DNA of 62,664 bases, filler included, from Choristocarpus tenellus KU-1152 (lineage: Eukaryota > Protista > Phaeophyceae), in assembly GCA_964200185.2 (NCBI GenBank). It is 12 parts of 12 records of this genome, joined end to end, with 100 filler letters (N's around TTAATTAATTAA, not from the genome) between each part and the next. Parts side by side here need not be neighbours in the genome. Positions count along the whole stretch, not along the records: positions 52,877 to 55,638 come from CAXNAD020024963.1; positions 55,739 to 62,664 come from CAXNAD020007044.1; 10 more parts are not named here. One strand, written 5' to 3'. The first letter of the stretch is position 1. Each line of letters starts with the position of its first letter. The translations under genes were made by a program, and so were the position numbers. Positions 53,264-62,664 of the stretch are shown in pieces. A model generated the notes under the pieces. The model did no database searches and was not told the DNA's origin. It saw nothing but the letters and a program-made list of their open reading frames with translations.

Positions 53264-55096
53264 GCATTGGGAAGGGATCGTCTTTCTTCGATTAGTTGAT
53301 CTAATTCCGAGGGTGGAGTGCGTAGGGCGCATGGTGAAGGGGCAGGGGTTTGAGGATAGGAGCAATTCAGGGTGTTCTTTGGTAGGGGTTGGAGGATGTT
53401 ATGGGGGAAATCCAACATATCCCTTTCAAGGTGCATGGCCGTTAGTGACTATTTGAACTGAAGGACTGTGTGTCAGTGAGGCTCTTGCTTGGTAAATATG
53501 TGTATGTTTGTGTATGTGTGTGTGTGCTTGCGCGCGCGCGCGTGTGTGTGTTGTTCTTGGATAGGTTGACAGTCTCAACAATAATTTAAGATTTCTTGCT
53601 TTACTTGGTACAGGTATCAGTATCAAGTTTTGAGAAGGGGAAACCTCACTAGGTACAGTGGAGTGGTGATGCTACTGTGATAAAGTTTAGAGCTTTTGTG
53701 TGGCCTTTTGTTTCGCCTCATGGCACTACCTACTGGGATGCAGATGCAGACACTCCTTCCTGGTAACTGCTACGCAGCGATTTGGAGCTAAAATAGTTTC
53801 CGAAAATGATCAGGACTATTTTTTGAATTATAAAAAAGAGAATTTTTTGCAGGCATGACCTGCCTCTAATGAAATATTTCGGAGATCAAAGAGTGATTAC
53901 AGTCCTGAGTCCCTACTATGGTTGGTTCCATCAAGACATTTGACGGTGTTATCCTATGGTCTTGTTAACAGTAGTAGATGTGTTCATTAAGTCACTCTCA
54001 AGGCTCTCAACTGCTGTATAATATTTGTTTGCAGGGTCCATATACTATTTATTTCTAATACCCAATGGGAATATTTGACAGATACCCTATATATCCCACG
54101 CCATCAAGTCCCATGATGGGCCATACTCTAACAGTTAGACCCTGTTTACCAAGTTTGACAAGACAGTGGTAGGGATGAGGGTGACGACTTGTATGTAGTG
54201 TCGTGTAAGAGTAGTGTCTTCTGCCCTATGGGAAGCAGGGAATTTGTAGTCTCTCTTTACTTCTTACTCCCTCCAACCCAGGTAAGAGAGTGTAGATGGA
54301 TTGGAATTTCATTGTCTGATATGAGATATGGTGTGTGGTGGAAGGAAACAAATCCTGTTGACCAATCACAGTATAGATATGGTGTGTGATGGAAGGAAAC
54401 TCTAACCCAAACCCAACTCCTAAACTGCATGTGAAAAATAACCCTAAGCTTTGTTTGAAGAAGAAAACAAGTATGATAGTGCGGGCTCCCGAAGGCAGGG
54501 AGGCTTTTCTATGTACTTCAGTGTTTTGCTGACGTGCGAGCTTAAATCTGTGCTACAACTTTCTTTTTCACAGATAATAATGGTTGGATAAATATCATTC
54601 GTGGTTTCCTTGCTCAAGTTCTAATGTCGCTCGTGACTCTCCCATGTTGAATTCGTGACCATTAGGAGGAATAGAGTATTTTTGTTTTTTTGGAATATGT
54701 GAAGTGTGTTTTTATTATCTTCCTTCAGTGTAACTATACTGCAATTTGAACTATATGTAACCCTGAATACTACACTTTTCCCAACCAAGCTGCACGCAAT
54801 GGTGGGCTAGAATGAGTCCAGCAGCATGACAGCGCTGATAGCCCAATTTGGAAATGTTCTAACTTATACTTCGAAGTACTACGCTACAGGCAAGGTCAAT
54901 CAGATTATGCCTCGAGCAGAGCTGTCTATATATACGTATCTTCATCTCACCCTAGATACAGAGCCTCGCTTCTTATTCATTTGGACATCCTTCTACGAGT
55001 CCCTTCGGTAAGCTATTGGTTTGAACTATGCTACTCTTACTGACACATATATACAGTTCAGCATCGTCACCCTTTCCCAAGTAATGGTCCCTTGGT

Positions 55097-55274
55097 GACC
55101 CAAAGTATCTGGGGGGGGGGGTCGTCTACACCAGGGTTTCCATTTGGACAAAAACAATGAAAAGTGCGTTTACATTAACCATCCGACGTACACAACCAAA
55201 TCACCCACAAATCACGACATGAAAAAATTGGCCCCAAAGTGACAGCCGCCACACACCCCCAGATACTTTGAGCC
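55097..55274. mobile_element. MITE family A, full copy, 4-bp flanking duplication TGGT
   Basis: tggt|GACCCAAAGTATCTGG...CCAGATACTTTGAGCC|tggt. Confidence 0.9.
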
Positions 55275-57166
55275 TGGTGTATGACTGTACAGTCATGTCC
55301 ACACGCCTACTCTACGTATAGGGATGTGTGCTATATGTTCTCAATACTCACCATTCACTTCTATGTTTTGTTACCATTCGTGTTCATAGATTGTTAGTTT
55401 GAACCTAGCATACAGATTCAGTAGGTCACAATCCACGTGCACATAGCTGCTGGCGCAGACTGGAAAATTGTCTAGGGCAAACAATATGTGCACATGTCGT
55501 AGGGCAAACAATATGTGCACCTGTCCCCAAGCTCTCTGAAGAACCGGACCTCCGGCTTGCTCCACTTCTGATGCTCCCAGCATCCAAACTGTTTCCCCTC
55601 TCTGCGAAATTTACCCTCAACATGGGTTCCATAGGACCNNNNNNNNNNNNNNNNNNNNNNNNNNNNNNNNNNNNNNNNNNNNTTAATTAATTAANNNNNN
55701 NNNNNNNNNNNNNNNNNNNNNNNNNNNNNNNNNNNNNNGATCTCCCCCTCATAGGGTTTTTTATCCCCCATTAGAAAGCACCGACCTTTGGAAAGAGAAA
55801 TCATATGAGTTAAGTTTGAATGCTGGTGTCGACCTCAGCTTCACGTTTTCTCATGTTTCCTCTGATTCTTGTCTCTTTGGTCATTCTGGGGCTTGGCATC
55901 AGTTGTCGCAGAGATTCTGCGACAACTTCCATTCACAGTGTAATATATCTATCTGATAGTAACACTCCATACTCAGAAGTCATCCCTCAGACTGAGTTCT
56001 CTGTGAATGAAAGGGGTGACAACTCCAAGAGGGCAACAGACTTGTGTACTCTTGTGTAAGTTTGGTCACTGACAGTGACTGATACATGCATGTCGATCAG
56101 TGTTAGATTTTCCCTCAGGATATGGATAGCTTTTTGATGGAGGAAATTTTTTTTTTCGTGTATTTTTTTTTTAACGGTGAACCAGACTAAATGATAAGTA
56201 CTTGTTGGTCAAGAGTCTCTATTCGTAATGTAGATACCCATGGTGTAGAAGTCCAGACACATTTGTCAGAGGGTTTTAACAGAAAATCGATGGGTCGTTC
56301 AAGTTGAGCTGAGGGTTGGATTTTCTTACGATCATATTCCACAATCAGATGTAAGGTCAAGAAGTTTCAAGTACCTAACCCAATGCTAGGGAAGGTCACT
56401 GTAATGTGTGTAGCTAGGTCTACTGCGTGAGATTGTGCTTACAGGGTGCATTTAGTGGAGTCCAGTTCCAGAACATTGAATTTCACTCTTTCCACCCCAA
56501 GCAAATGACCCATGCCTCCCCCCCAACACAATGATTAGGAATATTCATCCAGAAGAGCACAAACCTGCAAGGAAGCATTTTGCAGTGGGTGGCCATAGGG
56601 ACACACATGGAGACCAGCTGACTTTATACCCTCTTACAACAATTAGCAGTCATCTGGCATCACTCTTAACATACCACTAGGGCACAATTTTGTCAGCCCT
56701 TGTTATCTCAGACCCACATTGCACTCTACTTACCCTTGACACGATACTTTGTTCTTGCTCAAGGTCACCACCCTTCTTGTTAGCAACTATCATGCCACTT
56801 TTCATGAGAATGAGCACTACATTTAATATTCTTTGTCTAACCCCACCAGATGATACGATACAAATACCTCCAGGCATGAATGGAGAGACCTCCCTATCAT
56901 TAGTGTTCTGATGAGGTGCCCACAAACAGCAGTATGTACCCATCATAATACACAGCATCTATTTGAATGCGGGAGGATGGCGGAGTAACTGTGAGCCCTG
57001 CCTGACAAGGAAGTGACTTTCATCGGTAGTGGGGAAAAAAAAGAATCTCCATGAACACAGTCAGGCATGCGCCACACACACACTCTTCTCGTCATTATTT
57101 TTTTTATATTAAACCTACACCCAAATATTAAACAACGCAAACATTGTCCTCCGCTTCATGCAGCTG

Positions 57167-60100
57167 CTATGGCAATTCTGAGTCGTCCTCACGAACAAAA
57201 ACAAATATCTGACCCTCCTCGTTGCGGCTCACTCGCATTGCATGATCCAGGAAAGTAGTTGTCATGACAACCTGTGTGGGATTGGTGTGGGTGTATCAGC
57301 CAGGGATTGTTCGGTGCACACTAGTAAGGCAACAGTTTTCCAAAATATTTCAACTATCGATTGCTCCCACCGCTGCCAAATAAAGCAACCCTGTCTCCAA
57401 AGCTGACCTGAGGTACACTTAACTGTTGGCAAAAGCAGACAAAGAAGCAAAGTACGCACGCTAACGTGCAGGAATTATCTCGGAACTGTAAGCATAAAAT
57501 CTGTGTACACTACAACGCAATCAGCAACAGGCACATCACACCCATGCCTCTTGAACTGCAGCACGGACTATAAAAACTTTCATGTATTACATATTTTGTG
57601 TGAAAAGGCCAGTAAGTGCCGAGACTGTTCCCATGTTCAGTGCCATTCACCTCATTGGATCCTTCCTTCCTAAAAGGAGACAACACCCTTGCTGTCGAAA
57701 ATTCCACATTGTCAAGGTTAAAAATAGGCTCCAGCAACTTTCCTATGGCACTCTTGCGAACCTGGCAAATGAAGGTTAGCAACAAGGGAGGAGGAGAAAC
57801 AAGGAGAGAGGATAAGAAATATAGATACTACTGACAATACTTGGGTCTAGATACCATTCCTAGGGGAAAAAAAGAAGTGGTCGTGTTGCGCAGCTCCCAG
57901 GAATTTAGCTTCAAGGAGTAAGCCCCTTTGCAGTGTCACCATTGATACCATAATCTGCAGAAGAAGGCACACACCCCATGCCTCACCTGTGTCTTGGTCA
58001 CAGACAGTGTGGTGTCCATGCCCTCGGCTACTACCACCTCAGAGGTGGTCGTCATGACACTTCGGAAGGAAGGAAAGCTCAGAGGACCCTGAGAAGTCCC
58101 TGCAGACGCACCAGCAAATACCTGTCACCAACGGAGATAGAACAAGGTCACAGCAGTACAACAGCTTAGGGGGTACTGAAAAGGAAAAATAACAACAACA
58201 AGAGAACAAACTTGATTATAGGCGCCATACGTGAACATCCATTCAGTGTGCAAAGTAACAATGGGCCTGGCTACTGTTGGCTACTGTTGGCTACTGTGCT
58301 TGCTGCTGGCTGCGCCGCACTTGCATCTGCTCTAATCAAATTGCCCATCCTCCCAGCTGCCCAAATTATGGTCAAGTTCTCCTAGTAAGCACAAGGATCT
58401 GCTATAGTTGTATCACGGCACTATCTACAGTTCCAAGGCCAATATTATGGCTTCACCTTTGAGGGCAGGAAACGCTCAGTGCCCCCAGATTGCAATCGCG
58501 TGTTTTCAAGTCTACTATGATCTCAATTGCCCAGTATTCACTCTTGTGAACTTCATTGACCCCTTAGTTGTATGTATGTCCACAAGAAAGGTCCAGTGAA
58601 ACAAGGTCATTTGAGTTCCGGTTGCAACCATTAAATGTTCAAGGGCGCCACTTCAGCTTCATTGACCCCAACCACTATAACATTATCCAGCAATACAGTA
58701 ATCTCAAATTCAGTGGTTCCTCCCTAACCTTGGAAAGTATGTTTTTGAGAGGAGCAACTCAATCAATTTCTTATATAGAATTCATTTCCACAGGGGTCAT
58801 CTCTGAAACCCTCACCCAGACAAGAACCAGAATTACAAATCCCCAAGAACTATCGCGATCACAGAACGGTAACTGATTGCATGACTTCTCACAGACAACT
58901 TGCAGCGCTTGTGGACAGCAGGGTGCAATGACTGGCTTACCAACAAGGTTCACTAGTCTTCGAAAAAGGTCAAAATTGACGATCAAGACAGGATGCGTTT
59001 CCAATTCTAGCTCTTCTTCTGAAGCTCCAAAGTAAACGATTGGTGTATGTCAATGGCATTGATTGCTTCTATTGATACATTCGGTGAGGCTACAAGTGCC
59101 AACAACATTGTACAACTATTTATTATATGGAGAGATATTTCCACATCTTCTATGAACAATTATTCTCATACTTACCTTTACATGTATGAACGAATAATGT
59201 ATGCAGTAGCAACAAGCTAAGAACGACCATTTCACACCAACCACCATTCAGTTCAAGGAAAGGGATCATGGTGAACGAGGTATGTGCATCTGTAAAGGGC
59301 ATCCATCTTTCAGCATGCAGGTCTTCAAAATGCACACACAAATCCTATTACTATGCCTCTATCCAGAACTATAGACACACCACACACTATTGTGTTAACC
59401 CTAACCCCAACCCTGATGTCTGACATCTCTAAGGATGAACAACCCTGAACCGCTACTGATAGCATGTATCAGAGATATTGTCGATTTGGCATTGAACTTC
59501 CAGGCATTGGCAGCCTCATGTATGACCCTCCTAAAGAAAGCCTTAGTCTCAACTTTGTTGGCACCAGCAACCTTGGGCATGACTTTCAGGACCCACAATG
59601 ATCAATGTTGATGAGCTCCCAAAGCTTAGACCAGAGGCTGTCGCAGTTTGCAAGACCAAGGCCAACACTGTCATCTTACTAAAGGTCCTGCTCAAGAACG
59701 CCAACCCAGCATGGCCAAAGACACTGTCTTGTCCCGGACTCAGTGTGCCATTACTTCATAGAGTCATACAACATTTATTAATATTACAGTACACATTCGC
59801 AAACCATACAATGTCCTGACAACAGGGAATTAAGAAAAAGTATAATTTCACTGAGAAACAAATATTCTAAGTATAAACAGCACCGAAATAAATAATGTTC
59901 AATAATTAATACACTTCTTGAACATCATAAAGCTCAACCCTATATAAAAATAAAAATACCAACTCTCCAACTGAAGTGACCTTAAGCAAAGTATCAAACA
60001 GAAGGAATCACTATTACTTATTCTATGCACTAGTTTTTTGTATCTACCATTAATGACAACTTGAGGTAGGAAAACTCACCTCAACTTCAGAGCGGATCTC

Positions 60101-61197
60101 AGTGTTTGTGATTGTTTGCACCGCCTCTCCAATGCTTTTACCAGGAATGCTGTCTGTTATGGCAAAAATTGCTGCAGATATACTCCCATCTTGATTAGGA
60201 CGGGGGTCTTCGATACCCTTGGTGGCCTTCCTGTCGATTTTGGGCGAGGAAGTTTGTGTTATAGCAGACAGGCAGGGATTATTCAACTTGAACACAAGCA
60301 CAACACATCAAATAACTAGCAGGAATATAACCAAAATTTGGACACCGTGGATGACGATTAGCATATTCTCCGCATGTCTACCTGAAACAAAAAAGGACTT
60401 CCCATGTCCTACCTGAACGCCCAAAAAAAAGGGCTCGATCGTGAAGCGTCCTCGCTTCCATAGACAAGTGCCCATCGTCCCTCCAGTTCCCGGCTAGTCG
60501 AGGTGTCCAAAATGGGAGTCCTCTGCTCCAACTCGTAAATTATATCCTCTACCCGCCCACGTTCAGATGCAGTGGCAAATTGACCCCTGTATTCGGTTAT
60601 TAAACGCCATTTTCATAACCTAATCATATCGCACACATTACCCTTACCAATAGCGGCTTATTATCTTGCAGGATTAAGCGTCGAAGCAGCAATAAGCTGC
60701 TATGTTGTATTGTGGCAGTACGAATGGTCCTGTGCAATCATACCTTGCCGTAAGTGCCCCAACACGAAGTAATTCCAGTTTAAGCTTAGCCACCTTCTTA
60801 GTCTCAGAAGCTGCCAACACCGACCTAGTGTTGTCGACACGTATAGCTGTACACCTCGCACGTAGGGGCGCATCAAGTTGACATTTTTTACGTGTTTCAC
60901 TCAACAACCTCTAGAGTTCATTGTATCAGTAAGGTGGTGGTAAATAGATAAAAGTCGATAAATTGCACATCCACTTCTACCTTCCTCGGAAAATCGATCA
61001 TCTCCTGTGTCTGATGGGTAGTCTTCGTTGATCTCTGACATGCGCACAAGTCTGGGCAACGACCTGATCGGGATTGCCCGAAATAATGATCTCGACGCGA
61101 CCGTGGTATGTACTCGTGGGATGCCCAACAACAAAAAAGCCCTGGCACCCACACCCCACTCAAGGGCAACTGCCACCAAAAAAAAGAAGCGAATCAT
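57167..61197 (-). CDS. Plastid lipid-associated protein / fibrillin (PAP_fibrillin), complete, 7 exons: 61197-60981, 60846-60744, 60586-60413, 60230-60080, 58121-57987, 57761-57651, 57271-57167
   Basis: Signal peptide followed by an ARA-F transit-like start. Motifs LKLELLRVGALTARG, LEGRWALVY and TTFLDHAMRVSRNEEGQIFVFVR are present. All GT-AG junctions are in phase through to TAG. Confidence 0.88.
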
Positions 61198-61899
61198 GGC
61201 AAAGATGGTGATCGTCTTCCTCGTTCGGGTGCCCTCGTATGTCCCTACGTCTCCACAGGTGTTGTACTTGTACCACCACGTTTGACCACGTTTGATTTGG
61301 GTAGGTTTACATTTATTGCGCCACATACATCTGCACCTCCAGCGGATACTTCTAAAAAACATCACATCATCGTCCTTGGCGCGCGCAAACCAGGTTAAAG
61401 TGTTTGTATTGTTTTTTCTGGATAGAAACTATCAGAAGGAGATTAATTTGTCCGTAATGGAGAAAATTGTTGAGGCTTACCCGAAATCAAGAGACCAAGA
61501 AAATCAAAGGTCGGGATAATACGCTATCAGCCTAAGTGTGGGAAGTATGTTCAGAAGGGTAGATATTGTGAAGATGAGCAAAAGAGTTAGGTTGGTGCAT
61601 CTTGTTTTTTTTGTGTTTGGAAATTTTCATTGTTCCTCCCTCAAAGAATTTCAGCCTCTTCTTTTGATACTGAAATTGTAGAATATCATGAAGGTTTATA
61701 TTTACAAGGGTCTTGATGGACCTGTCTGCCTGGTGGCTATACGCGCTTTGTTTGGTTCGACAGTCATCTATTCTCGTTCTACATTGGGCTTTTACTTTTA
61801 ACTCGCGCAGTAAAAGCTCTAGAGCCTTCGCGCCCATTTTGGCGACCAGTGGAACGGTGATCGAATAAATCGTGCATGTTGTGCCAATAATTTGTAGTG

Positions 61900-62593
61900 G
61901 AGCGCCATTGCGACTCTCATCCCGTGTAATACTTCGAAGTATTAATAGGAAGGAGGGAGGACATCAGCCAGGCATCGGTCTCTTTAGGCTACTGCATAGT
62001 GGAGGAGTCACAGTGGAGGAGTTTTGTTGAACACCACCCTCCTCCTGTTGGTCACCAGCGATCTTTACTCGCTCTTTCTTTCCGGCCCCTCCCACCTGTC
62101 TCACTACACCCAGCTATCTCTAGTGCCTAGGAGTGGCATCTGGGTCACATGGTACCGAGCGAGCCCCGAGCCTTTGCCAGACCAGAAGCTGGCTAAATGG
62201 TCAAAATGCTCAGTGAAAAAGGCAAGAGCTGTGTCGCCATGAGCATTTCCTGGATATGGGGTAACTGCTCCCATTGGTTTGTTGATTCGCCCCTATAATC
62301 CCTAAAGAGGAGTTGAGCAGGCAGCATTTGCTGAAAATATCTATAAAAGGATTGGACACCAAACCACCTGCTAATTCTCACTAGTCATCGATCACTTTCA
62401 GTCCTCTTGCACTATCTTCAGCGCACATTTGTCGGCATGTTATGTCATTATGGATACGAGAAAACCTGTGAGACAGGTGAGCTAAGTAGAAGTGAATCCT
62501 ATACTGCCACATATAAAGTGAGTGGGAAACACATTCTTTTGATCTGTGAACAAGGCAGTTGCTTCACCAAGAAGGAAGGACCTTATCCAATAA
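61900..62593 (-). mobile_element. Degenerate Ty3/gypsy RT-RNaseH remnant
   Basis: RWFGVQSFYRYF resembles FLG..SYYRRF, followed by a degenerate xDA RNaseH-like motif. Confidence 0.45.
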
Positions 62594-62664
62594 TGTTACA
62601 GGCGCCCCTCAATGCTCACCTTCCAGGATGTACAACTCAAATCCAACGACCTCAAAACGACGTT
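62594..62664. mobile_element. Start of a second copy of the LTR at 27583
   Basis: TGTTACAGGCGCCCCTCAATGCTCACCTTCCAGGATG is shared with 27583. Confidence 0.8.

Noticed and set aside
58500-59800. Possible gypsy pol remnant in fibrillin intron 4
   Set aside because: Motifs are too degraded to support a call by eye.

Overview
Eukaryotic, intron-rich genomic DNA, most likely from a photosynthetic stramenopile (probably a brown alga). This is inferred from a bipartite plastid-targeting peptide, CCCTAA-type repeats and gene/TE style. The window is not contiguous: it is 12 short contigs joined by 11 identical artificial 100-nt linkers (N44-TTAATTAATTAA-N44), so adjacency across linkers means nothing. 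Recognisable spliced genes are an ABCG transporter (partial), NCBP1/CBP80 (partial), RagA/Gtr1 (partial), a complete plastid PAP/fibrillin gene, a probable HslV last exon and several hypothetical genes. TEs include degenerate copia, gypsy and non-LTR remnants, a chimeric solo LTR, a Stowaway-like MITE, a fold-back element and two abundant related MITE families with GRSY-CAAAGTATCT ends. Two loci stand out. (1) At 37793-40430 is a spliced gene that the ORF track misses. After removing a MITE from an exon, it reads as a beta-class N4C/N6A DNA-methyltransferase-like fold fused to a SET-like domain, an NLS and an acidic tail, with both catalytic signatures degenerate. (2) At 46890-50627 is a two-exon, bacterial-type AdnA/AddB-like protein with an apparently inactive UvrD motor and an intact Fe-S PD-(D/E)xK nuclease.
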